DNA of 64,000 bases, taken from Octopus sinensis. Taxonomy: Eukaryota. A program made the translations under genes and the position numbers. Below, one piece after another: positions 11,286-24,220 of the stretch. Position 1 is the stretch's first letter; each line of letters starts with the position of its first letter. The notes beneath the pieces were generated by a model. That model ran no database searches. It saw nothing but the letters and a program-made list of their open reading frames with translations, and was not told the origin of the DNA. The DNA lies in assembly GCF_006345805.1 (NCBI RefSeq), contig NC_043009.1, positions 59,086,001-59,150,000 of the forward strand, in the 5' to 3' direction.

Positions 11286-11998
11286 TAAGAGTAATTGAAG
11301 ATAAAAAACCAACTTTCAGGAACAATAATGGCTGATTGAGACGCAAGTTGTAGATTTTTTCGTATCGAAGAGCGATAAGCTGAAAAGAAGAAGCTCTTTA
11401 TGTTCCACGTTACGCGACCAGGGTTGCCGGGTGTGCGAATGAGAATACCAGATTTACGGAATGGAGTAGGTAAGATCCGGGCTGCATATAGCGGGTGGAA
11501 TCTCAGAATTGGTCGAAATCCAAGCGAGGTATATACCACCGGCTACTCTTCAGGCCAAGGGTATCTTGATTAAAGTAAAGGTTAAATTTCAGTCATGTTT
11601 TTTTGTTTGTCTGTGTTGATGTATGGAAGATTCTGACTGAACAAACGAAAGACAGCACCACAAGCACGTGTAGGATTTAATTGGTATTCTGTGTATCTAA
11701 TTATAATTTGATTTAGTCCTACATAAAATTTAATGATAAATGTTGTCAGAATTTCGATTTTCAGACTGAGGCGAGATCTTGATTCTTCTAATGCGTCAAA
11801 CGTATAAAGAAAAGTTGATGGCATTAAATATTTATAATACCCTCCTGAACTACTCAATGGAGACTAAATACTTTCCTCTAGAAGCTATTTTGCATTACTT
11901 TTAAATTCTTTTTCTTCTGTCTCCGAACATCTGATGATGTGGACGTGTTATGCGCTCATGAAATTTAAAGTATAGCTGAGATATGCCTACCTGTTAAT

Positions 11999-12238
11999 AT
12001 ACATACATGCGTGTGTACCAACATGCATACACCCACACATACATACATACATACATACATACATACATACATACACACATACATACATACATACTTACAT
12101 ACATACATACATACAAACATACATACATACATACATACATACACACACACACATACATACATACTTATATACATACATACATACATACATACATACATGC
12201 ATGCATACATGCATACACACACATACATACATACATAC

Positions 12239-12269
<31 letters not shown>

Positions 12270-12385
12270 CATGCATACACACACACATACATATATACAT
12301 ACATACATGCATACATACATACATACATACATACATACATACATACATACATACATACATACATACTTACATACATACATACATT
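11999..12385 (+). repeat. (CATA)n tetranucleotide array
   Basis: Read directly; source of HTYI/MYVC ORFs. Confidence 0.97.
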
Positions 12386-12673
12386 TACCATGCTGAGTCA
12401 CAAGATTTCGGTTTGTCACGGATGATATTTGGTAATTTGTATCTCAATGTTATCTCCTTAATTTCACACAAATTGTTGTCCAATCGTTGCTGATTTTTTT
12501 CTTTATTTTCATATATAACATATGTTTTAATTGTAATATAACATTTGTCTTAATTGTAATTAGATCCAATTAGATATTATGCAGAATGTGACCACCTCAT
12601 ATATGTACACACAGACACACAGACACACAGACACACACACACACACACACCACACACACACACACACACACAC

Positions 12674-12753
<80 letters not shown>

Positions 12754-13099
12754 CATCAAGTACGGGACATTACCAACGAGTGAAAAATTCGTTTGTTTGT
12801 TCGAAGCTCTAACTCTCCACAAGTTTTATACTTCTTAAATTTCTGGATGCTGGTGGATGCCGAAACTTTCCTATCTTGTCGTTGAAAGCTCGAAATAGGG
12901 GGTAACAGTCGACGACTGAGGAGGGGGTTTGACTTCGTTTGGTATTTTGTTCCGTACTTGCTTCTCGTTATGTGTTTACGTATTTTTCACTCGTTGGTGA
13001 CAACCTGTTCTTATTGTATATTTGTCGGTATTTTGTCCTGTACTTATCACTCGTGTCTCTACATAATTTGCAATCGTTGGTGATGTCCTGTACTTGATG
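12754..13099. mobile_element. 346-bp element bounded by 26-bp inverted repeats (MITE-like or inverted PLE end)
   Basis: Left 12754-12779 CATCAAGTACGGGACATTACCAACGA versus reverse complement of right 13074-13099 CATCAAGTACAGGACATCACCAACGA (24/26); TA-rich flanks. Confidence 0.7.
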
Positions 13100-13139
13100 T
13101 TTTATATATTCATTTCTTTATAATCGAACGCTAGGCATC

Positions 13140-13500
13140 CGGTAAGTAGCTTACTTACCAACCACAGGGTTCCGGCTTCAGTCCCAGATTTGGTAGACGG
13201 AAACTGAAAGAAACCCATCGTATATGTGTATGTGTATGTATATATTTATATATATATATGTTGTGTGTGTGTGTGCGTGTGTATATTTCTGTGTTTGTTC
13301 TCCCCCCTCCCCAGTATCACTTGACAAGCGATGCTGGTGTGTTTATGTGCCCGTAGCCTAGCGGTTCGGCAAAAGGGATCGATAGAATAAGTAGTAGGCT
13401 TACAAAGAATAAGCCCTGGGGTCGATTTGCTCGACTAAAAGGTGGTGCTCCAGCATGGCCGCAGTCAAATGACTGAAACAAGTAAAAGAGTAAAAGTGTA
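13140..13500 (+). mobile_element. SINE family A with an internal head deletion
   Basis: GGTAAGTAGCTT...CAGTCCCA joined directly to GATTTGGTAGACGG; intact 3' half and GTAAAAGA tail. Confidence 0.9.
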
Positions 13501-13521
13501 TCTATCTATATCATATATATT

Positions 13522-13570
<49 letters not shown>

Positions 13571-14429
13571 AAGAGTGATATTTACATACATACAAAAAAA
13601 CATTAAAAACATTAAAAAATAAGTGTTGTAATTTAGGGGTAAGTTGTTAATGGTGTAATAATTTTTAGATTTAGTGTTTGCAGAGACTTTCAGTCTCTTG
13701 ATCTCTAATTGTCTCTTAATAATATTGAGCACTACTTTTACACCATCATATATTTATGTGTGTGTGTGGTGTGTGCGTGTACTTTTTATTTTGAACAGCG
13801 AAATAATTTTCTTAGAGTACAGCATGCAATTAATTTCTTCGTGACATTACGTTTTATTGAATGTTGTCTTATATTTGTAGTTCATGCATATATTATTTTT
13901 ATATGATTTCGATTAAGTCTCGCAATGAAAAACAAAGTAATCAGACTCATTACGCTCCAAGTGCTGTTGCACACAATTTTGAATTTCTCTGAAAGCACTT
14001 GAAGCTCTTCGGATATCTTTATTCTGTATCTCTCTGGTGTACAATGTTTTATAATGCTGTCTAATCTCGGGTCTTTGAATATTTATTTGGGATAATGTGA
14101 TAGAGGGCACGATTATTTTGACTGCGTATTTTCAATTTTGTATAGATATTTCTGAGGTAAAGTCTCCTCCAGCGTAGAAGAATAAGAAGCTTCTGGTTTC
14201 TGTTTATCGCTGTAATTAGTTTATTCAGCTCAAATTTTAATTGGTTAGTATTATCTTACTGAATCCTTATGAATTTATTTTTGTTGTTGAGTAAATTGCA
14301 GATTCTTCCTGTACGTTCGTCTTTATACATGAATGCAATTGTATAACTTCCTTCCACTCCTGTCTGCTTCTCTTTCTTCCTCTCTGTTTCTCTATGCCTA
14401 TGTCCCCCCTCTCTCTCTCATACACACAC

Positions 14430-14468
<39 letters not shown>

Positions 14469-14579
14469 ATATATATACTACATATATAATATATATATTA
14501 TATATACATATATATAAATATATATATATATATTATATATATATATATATATACATACATATACCTATATATATATATA

Positions 14580-14657
<78 letters not shown>

Positions 14658-14660
14658 TAG
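14430..14660. repeat. (TA)n array
   Basis: Read directly. Confidence 0.97.
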
Positions 14661-14725
14661 TGCATTCAAAGCAATGAATAGTTGTATTCAAAGCAATGAA
14701 GATATTGTATTTAAAGCAATGATTA
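14660..14725 (+). repeat. 23-bp tandem repeat, ~3 units (core ATTCAAAGCAATGA)
   Basis: The core recurs at 14664, 14686 and 14709 (last with one substitution). Confidence 0.8.
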
Positions 14726-15201
14726 ATAGCTTACGAAACCGGTATGCTTTTGAATCTCTTTAACAATTCACAACAATGACTTTTATTACTTTTATTCCTA
14801 CCTCAGTACATGTAATTGTATATATCTTTCGTTACTTTTCATAAAAAGCTTTTACTTTCTTAGATTTACAATGTGCATTTTCTTACTTTCCCCGTACATT
14901 ACCACTTGTAGTATCTATTTTCTTTTTGTAACATATGCCTATTATACATACACTATGCATATATCTTTTATTAAACTTTTAATACTTTTGATATATATTT
15001 AAATAATAAAATTAATTAATTTTATGTATTGGCTATGTTTTTCATTGTTTAATTTGCCTAATAGTGGTTTTTATCTCTAATTTAATATAATATAATATAA
15101 ATATATTTTACAATAAAATTGGATTTAATCCTAAATCTGATTTTTCCCTGTAAGTTTGGATTTATTCCCTAATTTTTATAATTATATATATAATACTATT
15201 A

Positions 15202-15236
<35 letters not shown>

Positions 15237-15949
15237 GTAAAAAATGAAGTTCGAAAATGCTGCGTATTATACAATTTTTAATTTTTTATATATACATTAT
15301 AACATGTTCAGTTCCTGAAATGAACCTTATCAAAAAAAGTTATATATAAAAAAAGACACCTCATGCCGTCAACACAAGAAATTCATTTATATACACAACG
15401 GAGTCAGACATCTTAGAGTTCATGTCTAGTTGATATAGTTTGAAGTATATGTTCAAAGTGTTCGATGCAGTGGCCCACGGTGGCGATACGTATTCAATAC
15501 AAAAAACAGATCAAAGTGGTGAAAGCGGTCAATACAGAAGATTGATGTTTCCGAAAGAGTGAGGAATTCATTTTTACAATAAGCAATTGTGATGACCCAT
15601 GGTGGAAGTTCGATATATATATATCGGTCTCTAAGTTATAATATTGTTTTTGTTGTTTTGTTGGTGCTTTTTTAAATCCCGCAGCGTTTTTAGACTGTTA
15701 TGTTGGACTATACTCTGTATAAATTCACCTCGGACTAGAAATCTGTTGTCTATTTACAAGAAACTAGGATAATACATTGAGGATGCAGGAAATTATACTT
15801 CTCTCGGAGATATCATTTACAAATTTGACAAAAGATCGAAACTAGTGAATTTTACAAGGCAGTTATTATTCATCGGGAAAATATTCAATTACTAATTGGC
15901 TAAAATAGTTTATTTCCAAATTAGGGATTTACTACAAGCTGAAACATGT

Positions 15950-16250
15950 GTAACCTCTCGAAAGAGCTGTTCTTCACTCCTGCTCCAAGCGTCGGCTGCG
16001 GGTCATTCCGAAAAGCTCTACCTGCGACGATTTCATCTCATCGAAGGAGAGGAGCTTTCTCCGTCCGGGTTGCGGATCCGTGGAACAAGCTGCCAGACGA
16101 GATGGTGAAGATGCCGACGACCGCTTTGTTCAAAGTCTCCCTTGACCTCAAGTGGCCTGAACTCTTTTCATGAACACCACCCTGTACTTAACTCCATGTC
16201 CCCCTACATGGCCTTGCTATTTGCTTTTGAGCCAAATTTAACTAACTAAC
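15950..16250 (+). mobile_element. CR1/L2-group LINE 3' end with (TAAC)n tail
   Basis: NLSKELFFTPAP / GHSEKLYLRRFHL / RRRGAFSVRVADPWNKLPDEMVKMPTTALFKVSLDLKWPELFS* fits the CR1-type C-terminus (RGH.....R..FS.RV...WN.LP); tail TAACTAACTAAC at 16239-16250. Confidence 0.85.
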
Positions 16251-17409
16251 ATATGACCAAAACCAAGCACATTCAGTTATTTGTAAACACGAAAATGTCA
16301 TTAAAATAACAACTCTGCTCCTTTTTGTGTGTTTTGCACATAACGAAGATTAGGAAATATCACGCGTAATACATGCAAATGTATAACTGTATTAAGTGTT
16401 CTTCACATGACAATGCACTACATATAAATGTAACACATTTCTTAACGGTTTCTCGAACAACCAATGATGTTTTGAGGACTAAACAATTGTTAGGGTATTT
16501 ATAAATATTTTTCCTTATATATTATCACGCTACTTCCATTCATCAATCAGTTCAATAACAAATAACATGAGACTCAGCGTTACAATTCGAGAAACTTCAG
16601 TTTATAATAAAATATACGCATTCTACCAAGTTAAAAAGAAAGTCTAGTTCTATCCTAACATGACTGCTTTGCGTATAATTTTTATTACAATAAATTAAGC
16701 ATTAATTTTTGCAGTATACCTTTTGTCATCCTGTGCAAATTACTTAAAATCATAATGGTAAAATTCCTACGCATTTTACTCTTTTAAGATCAGTTTAAAT
16801 CAGGCCCATATCAGCCTTTCTGGCTCTATGTCTGCGAGTGTGGCTCTTCAGCTATGGAAGCGGCAAGAAATATTCTGGTCATGTCAACGATGGCTCGGGA
16901 AATTTGTCTCCAACATATTTCCCTCGATCTGGAAAAACCAAGTTCTTTCGACTTTAATTTTTTAGTTTTTAAAATTGTTTCAGCTTTTAAGTTACGGTCA
17001 TGCTGGGGCACGAGCATCTTAAAATAGTAGCAGAGAAAATTCTAAAACAAACTTGAGAAACAGTAAAACCTTTCATGTCATATTTCGATCATAAAATGTC
17101 ATCATAAATAAGGAAAATAATGAATGTCTTGGTTAGTGTGTTTCTCTTCATCTGATTACTTCTTTCCATAATCAAAGCATCAGTCTCTGCTAACCATTGA
17201 AGTGTAGACTTGCTTCCGATCACTTTCCTGAGCAGAATGATCACAACAAATTGGAAGTGTGTTCTCTGTAATCATATCCAATGAAAACGAAATAAAGCAC
17301 TACGGAAAGGAAGAATTCCTTTCCCAAACAGAACAACAATGGACAAAAATGTTTGGTGAGATATAAAGGGTGACAGTGACATCTACTAATAACTAAAAGA
17401 AGTATAATA

Positions 17410-17581
17410 AGGAGTGGCTGTGTGATAAGTAGCTTGCTTACGAACCACATTATTCCGGGTCCACTGCGTGGCACCTTGAGCAAATGTATTCTGCTATAGC
17501 CTCGGGTCGACCAAAGCCTTGTGAGTGGATTTGGTAGACAGAAACTGAAAGAAGCCCGTCGTATGTATGTATATAGATATG

Positions 17582-17661
<80 letters not shown>

Positions 17662-17915
17662 GTATATATATATATATATTATATATATATATGTATGCAT
17701 GTGTGTGCATAAGTTAGTGTTTTTGTGTTTGTGCCCCCAACATCGCTTGACAACTGATGCTGGTGGGTTAACTTAGCGGTTCGGTAAAAGAGACCGATAG
17801 AATAAGTACTATGCTTACAAAGAACAAGTCCTTGGGTCGATTTGCTCGACTAAATGCGGTGCTCCAGCATGGCCACAGTCAAATGACTGAAACAAGTAGA
17901 AGATTAAAAGAGTAA
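17410..17915 (+). mobile_element. SINE family A, full length, long internal TA/TG array
   Basis: Head, CCTTGAGCAAATG core, ~150-bp internal microsatellite, 3' half and tail all present. Confidence 0.93.
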
Positions 17916-17949
17916 TGCGGGTAAATATTGTCGGCGATCGGAATCCTTG

Positions 17950-18300
17950 TACAAAATATTGCAGAAAAGACGCCTTCTCATTGGTCAGTCATAAAGATGT
18001 GTTGCTCCTACGGAATAACCAAAAGCGCATATTGTCCAATTCACTTAGGAAAGGATTATTTCCTTAAATATGGAAATGTTACTTCATCATTGTTACTGTT
18101 TTAGCATTGCTCCTTATCACATTCATCTTTTCAAGCAATTGCGACGTAATTTAGAAGAAAAACAGTTTCTTAATTTTGAAAAGGTTAAAGCAATATTGCG
18201 TGCTCTTCGATAGGAAACCTGAGAAATTTTACACCCGATGTATCGACATTATGCCAAATGGATGGGATTATATCACCAATAATGAGACAAATATTGTCTT
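17950..18300 (+). mobile_element. Degraded mariner transposase C-terminal remnant
   Basis: VLLLRNN (cf. LLHDN), EMLLHHCYCFSIAPYHIHLFKQLRRNLEEKQFLNFEKVK (cf. WEVLPHPPYSPDLAPSDYHLF..L...L.GK.F), DRKPEKFYTRCIDIMPNGWDYITNNE (cf. SKP.EFY..GI..LP.RW..VI.N.G). Confidence 0.75.
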
Positions 18301-18839
18301 AATTTAATATATCAATTAAGACAAAACAAGTATTTGTTTATTTCCCATCTTGAAATATGACAGGACGTTCTTTACAACTTAATAGATTTATATTAAATAA
18401 TTCTCATTATGTAAATACAGGCGTTCACCAATACATTCCTTCCCCACTCGCTCCCTTTCTATATATCTTTATACACACAGACACACACACACACATACAG
18501 ACACACACCACACACAGCCATAAATGTATATACATACGCACATACACATACACATATACACACTCATATACTTATATACTTATTTTAGAGAATCTGAAGG
18601 TCTATTTCGTTACTACAATTTCTAAATATACTCCTTAAAATGAAATAAAATCTCCTTTGTCATTCAGTTGATATATTTGATGATTTATGTTGCGTATAGG
18701 TATATATGTGCATATATGTATAAATATGTATGTATCTGTATGTTTGCGTTTATGTATAAGTATGTATATGTGTATGTATGTACCTATCTATCTGTCTGTC
18801 TATCTATGAATATGTACATACATACATGCAATCATGCAT

Positions 18840-18905
<66 letters not shown>

Positions 18906-18980
18906 TATATATTATATATATACATACATACATAGATACAAACATACATACATACATACATACATGCATAGATACAAACA

Positions 18981-19011
<31 letters not shown>

Positions 19012-19014
19012 GTT

Positions 19015-19765
19015 AGTAGAAGTCTCCGAGATGATAGTAACATCGATCATCAAAGCGGTTTATCATGGACCAATAGCTGGATTACTACCTCACTCTTTCA
19101 AGGGTATGCTTTTGCAATCCAGGAACAGGAAATATCAACCAAGTACCTGATGCACAAAAGGGATAGAGATGCAGGAAGAGCCGTAAAATATGACACTCGA
19201 TGCAGACTTTTGTGGAGTTCACACTAAAGATATGACCCACATCCTAAGCAGTTGTCTGAAAGTGTCATCACGGGATCATCTACCGATGAGACACGATGTT
19301 GTAGCTAGGACACTCTATGATGAAATCCGTCGAAAGGATAATCTCGAGGACAAAGAATTAAGAACCCACAATATGGTAGAAGCCATAGCCATCTATAATA
19401 AAAATGAATACTGGTGCAATGTACCAGTGAAGATCTCAATGAGATGAAAGCACAACAGACCTGATATAATGATTTGGGATCGAGAAGAGAAACTGTGCAC
19501 AGTTGTGAAAATTAGCTGCCCAGTAGATGCTAACATAAAGCAGAAGATCAATGAAAATGAGAAAACCTATTCTTAACTATTGAGAAATCTGCAGTTACTC
19601 TCTCCAGAATAAAAGTTCAGGTTTATACGTGTAATTATTTGGACCCTGAGATATGTAACACACCACCTAAATACCAATCTTGTGAAATTAGGCTTCTCAA
19701 CACCAGAAAGAAGAAAGTTATTTCGAAGTCTAGAGATTCAATCCATCACCGGAACTGTAAAAGCA
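19015..19765 (+). mobile_element. Second RLE LINE family, C-terminal fragment (CCHC knuckle plus PD-(D/E)xK nuclease), disrupted
   Basis: QGYAFAIQEQEISTKYL..DTRCRL/CGVHTKDMTHILSSC..LPMRHDVVA..KHNRPDIMIWD..ISCPVDAN..QSITGTVK, with a frameshift near 19210 and in-frame stops; diverged from the Dong-like copies. Confidence 0.88.
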
Positions 19766-19905
19766 ATGTGAGTGGATTTAGGCGGAAACTGAAAACACTT
19801 GTTATATGTGTGTGTGTATGTGTATGTGCATATAAATATGTATATGGGTGTATGAGTGTCGTTGTGTCTATCTCTCTCGAAAACCACCGCTTAACAACCG
19901 ATTTA
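19762..19905 (+). mobile_element. SINE family A middle fragment fused to the LINE end
   Basis: AAAGCAATGTGAGTGGATTTAGGCGGAAACTGAAA, TG array, CCGCTTAACAACCGAT. Confidence 0.65.
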
Positions 19906-20669
19906 ATTTCTATTAATATTATTCAAATAAAACAAATAAAATGTAAATGACAAAAGATAAAATATACACGCGGACACACACACACTAACACACACACACA
20001 CAAACAAACTCACACACGCACATACACACGAAAACGTAAAGATGCATAAACATGCACATATATTTATATACACGCACACACATATAACTTATGTATATAT
20101 ATACGCACATTCAAATATAGGTACATATGTATATATACATATACAGGTACATATATAGGTACTTATGTATATATATATAAATACAGGTGTATACGAATGT
20201 TTATGTGTGTGTGAATGTGTGTGTGTAAATGTGTGTGTGTGTGAATATGTGTGTGTGTGTTCAGTCGAACACTGAACTGCCTCGGTCAGCTGCACATCAT
20301 TGTCTTGCCAACGCCCACTTTTACATTAATCATTACGATGACATACCCGTAGACAATCGGTATTTGTCCAAGTTAATCAAGCACTATACGTAATTAAGAA
20401 AATGGTTTTCTGGTTTCTAGACTTTATGTGAGATAAAATGCTTCTCTGCTTGTGCGGTCGTTGAGTTCCGGTGAAGAAAGCTGCAAACCTGAGAAAATGT
20501 GAAGATGTGAAGATGTGGCGTTGAATATGAAGCATTAGATGGTTATGACATGTGTTAGCTACTGAAATCAATATTTCATCTTGTTATGGATGTTTATAAA
20601 CTGTAAACGTCACCATTAATCTGGGAGGATTTGACAGAGAAAATCACATAGGACAAATTCACACACTCA

Positions 20670-20738
<69 letters not shown>

Positions 20739-21500
20739 TACACACACATACACACAAGCATTCAGATAAATATACACGCGTATAAATACACATAAACACA
20801 TAAATATTCATACACGTCAGTTCCTTCATATGAATTCCATATTTGGTTGTGAATACCTGTTAAGATAAAAACCACATACGTATGTACGTACGTACAAGTG
20901 TGTGTGTATGTACGTACGTGCAAGTGTGTGTGTATGTACGTACGTGCAAGTGTGTGTGTGTGTGTGCATGTATATATTATATAAGTACATATGTTTCAAC
21001 ATGTGTATGTACATATTAATATATATGTAATTGCAGTATAAATGTGTATATCTTGGTCTATACGTGTGCACACGTATGCAAGCTATTCTGCGTTTATACG
21101 CAAGTATATGTAAATACTGCGGGCTAAATTCCTTGAATATTTTGCATATTGTTGCAATTTCATAATGGCTTGTAATTATAACTTCGTAGCCAAGTTATTT
21201 TCGCTTTGTGAAGCGCAACCTCTCAAGACTGGTACGGAGGCAAGAAATTATCTTACCTGGAGTCTTAATAATGAAAGGTATAAATCTAATGCTCCATAGC
21301 TTTGCTGTAATTACTCGCGATTACAAATTAGTTTGATACAAATGTGTTCCTTTTAGATTTCATTTTACGCTAAACGTCGGCTGTACAAACAATTTCTATT
21401 GGAGTGTGCATTTGGCCTTGGTCTTTGTATTGGCTCTGGTTTGCCTACACCGCATTAATGTCTTAACAAAGACAGTCTTTCAAAATTCGTTTATATTATA

Positions 21501-21640
21501 AGCTTGCTTCCCAACCACATGGTTCTGGGTTCGGTTCTGCTGTATGACACGTTCCGCGGGTAACATCTACTTACAGCCGTCTGCCGATCAAAACCTTTTG
21601 AGTGGATTAGGTAACTGAAACTTAAAGAAGCCTGCCGTAT
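21501..21640 (+). mobile_element. SINE family A head, degenerate
   Basis: AGCTTGCTTCCCAACCACATGGTTCTGGGTTC...GAGTGGATTAGGTAACTGAAAC. Confidence 0.7.
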
Positions 21641-21661
21641 ATAAATATATGTATATATATG

Positions 21662-21697
<36 letters not shown>

Positions 21698-21814
21698 TAT
21701 ACATGCTACCTTTGTTATTTAATTAAATTAAAGGCATACCAGCGAAAACAACGAGTTTCTCCTTGATATTTATATCCATTTTCTTCTTGCATATAACCTA
21801 AACTACGGTTTACC

Positions 21815-21942
21815 CTTGTCACCTTGTCACATATATCTGAGCTTTTGTCACCTTGTCACAAATATCTGAGCTCTTGTCATCTTGTCACAGATATCTGACC
21901 TCTTGTCACCTTGTCACGGTTATCTGTGCTCTTGTCAACTTG
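21815..21942 (+). repeat. 29-bp minisatellite, 4.4 units (CTTGTCACCTTGTCACANATATCTGAGCT)
   Basis: Units start at 21815, 21844, 21873, 21902 and 21931. Confidence 0.93.
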
Positions 21943-22089
21943 AGTATGTCTTTTGATTTAACTACCCATGACTTCTCTTGATAAATAAAAAAAAATCGTT
22001 CTTCTGGTGTTCTATTACGATAGAATTACTGGATTTTCCAAATTAGGATACTTGGACACCTTTCTATTGTCTTATATTCTATTTGTTTG

Positions 22090-22270
22090 ATTTATTGGAC
22101 TGCGGCCATGCTTAACTCGAATAAATCCACCCCTGGACGGATCTTGTGTTAAGCTTGGTTCTTATTCTATCGGTCTCTTATTTCTGCCAAGGTAAGGAAA
22201 GCAGAATCCCCAACACCGGTTGTCAAACGGTGAATGGGAGAGAAACAAAGGCACAATCACACACACATAT
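22090..22270 (-). mobile_element. SINE family A 3' half, degenerate
   Basis: GACTGCGGCCATGCT...TTATTCTATCGGTCTC...CCGGTTGTCAAACGG. Confidence 0.65.
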
Positions 22271-22501
22271 TGTTTGTGTGGGCTAATTATTTTGACCTAA
22301 TTAGGTGCCTTAATTTAAATACTTCGTTCAACTGAAGCTTAATCCTTTATATATATAAAGACGACATTATAATGGAATAATTACTGTGAAGCATTGTATA
22401 GAATATATTGTATAAAAGATCGTGGGTGTAGGTAAAAACAATGCGAAGTAAATGCAAGGTAAATCACAAGAAAACAAATATGTGAATTAATGTAGACTTA
22501 C

Positions 22502-22682
22502 CTTGTATTCAATATTTCGGAGTTATGACCCCATTTTGAAGCAATTGACGAATGTTGCCGATGTGCGTTTTTGTGAGCGTGTGTGAAGTGGACATGCGAA
22601 AGAAGGGTGTTGTTATAGCAATCAGCTAGCTTCCGTATGTACGAAAATGATGTAAGGCGAGCGAGATAAAATGAAGTCATTC
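22502..22682 (-). other. Candidate 181-nt spliced exon of an unidentified transcript
   Basis: Minus strand CTAAT..CTGACCTTAG acceptor and AAG/GTAAGT donor; one open frame (MTSFYLARLTSFSYIRKLADCYNNTLL...), no recognised homology. Confidence 0.25.
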
Positions 22683-23429
22683 CTAAGGTCAGCGGGATTA
22701 GTACAAAAACTAGGTTCACATTTAATGTACATACTAAATAAATCAATTTGAAAAAATTAAATTAATTTAAATAATTATATACTACGGTCTTCAATTGTAT
22801 ACTCCATACTTTATGAAAAATATGCCTAACTTTAAGATATATTTACATTTATTTATCCACATCAATTCGTAATTCAAGCTATACAACATGTTAAGATAGT
22901 AAGACAGAAGTCCTGGCATTCAATACGTATGGAGTTTGGATTTTGTAATTCCTCTTCTCCCTCTCTCTATATCCTTATATATCGGTTTTCTCACGGCTAG
23001 AAAACTGATTATAGCAGCGACTCCACCTAAGAATATCTGAAAAAGGAATATTATTCCGAAATATCATATCAGACTATGGGTGACTAAATTACAACAGGTA
23101 TATAGCTCATTGTTTGCATTATAGTGCATTGTTGTACCATTCAAAACTTTTTATTCTTTACAGACAATACACAATGCTTCAAGCGAACTATAATCCTCTC
23201 TTAATATACATTATGCTTGTGCGTTTGCGTGTATAAATCTTTCCCCACCAAGGATGATCTTACCTACTGCATGAGAATGAGGCAATGGGTTTTTTCTTTG
23301 AACTCGCCATTTCTGCTGCTGCTGCTGCTGATATTTTTAGCAATATTAAAAACAGCATAGACAACTTCAGAATCCCCACTAATACCACCACCACAACCAT
23401 CACCACCACCACCACCACCACCACCGCTA

Positions 23430-23580
23430 ATAATAATGGTCCTTTCTACTAGAGGCATTTATTTAATCGACCTCGAAAGGATGAAAATCAAATTCGACTT
23501 CGGCAGAATTTGAACTCGGAACGTAGCGACGGGCGAAATACTGCTAAGCATTTCGTCCAGCGTGCTAACGGTTCTGTCAG
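23430..23580 (-). mobile_element. SINE family B, internally deleted (head joined to tail)
   Basis: Reverse complement of head, B-box and core at 23461-23580, abutting the CTAGTAGAAAGG tail. Confidence 0.75.
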
Positions 23581-23616
23581 TGCATAAATAATGTTGTTGA
23601 TGATAATAAAAATGAC

Positions 23617-23672
<56 letters not shown>

Positions 23673-23959
23673 TAATAATAACCTCGACTTGTACTTATCG
23701 CTGGTGTATGCCAGATAAAAATAATTCTAAATATGAATATTTGAAGCAAGTAATCACTCTTGGAAAATTTCGTCAATATATTTCGCATAAAACTATTTAC
23801 TACTACTACTACTACTACTACTTACTACTACTACTACTATTGCTACTATTGCTGCTGCTGGTGCAAGACTTCCAAATAGTACTCTAGTTTAAAACACCTC
23901 TCTCGATGATTTCCCACGGGAGATACATGTCTTACATGTTAATCTTCTTCTTATAGCTA

Positions 23960-23970
23960 CTGCTTCTTAA

Positions 23971-24013
<43 letters not shown>

Positions 24014-24159
24014 GTACTACCAATCCTAGTAGCAGTATTGCTGCTGAAGTTGCTGTTGCTAACACCACTGCTTTTGTTGCATCCGACAATTATGATGATA
24101 ATGACGACGACGACGACGACGGTGATGATGACGATGATGATGATGATGATGATGATGAC

Positions 24160-24220
<61 letters not shown>

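Noticed and set aside
12885-12930. CTCGAAA ... CTGAGGAG suggesting a permuted hammerhead
   Set aside because: Stems I and III cannot be formed around a valid U-H cleavage site.
13913-14330. Minus-strand peptide IRQHYKTLYTREIQNK, vaguely like LINE or PLE linker regions
   Set aside because: No diagnostic motif; cannot assign without a profile search.
14735-14744. GAAACCGGTA, resembling the 3' half of a minimal PLE hammerhead
   Set aside because: No CUGANGA and paired stem II upstream; at most a broken remnant.
21815-21942. CRISPR-like regular repeat
   Set aside because: No unique spacers, no cas genes, eukaryotic context; it is a minisatellite.
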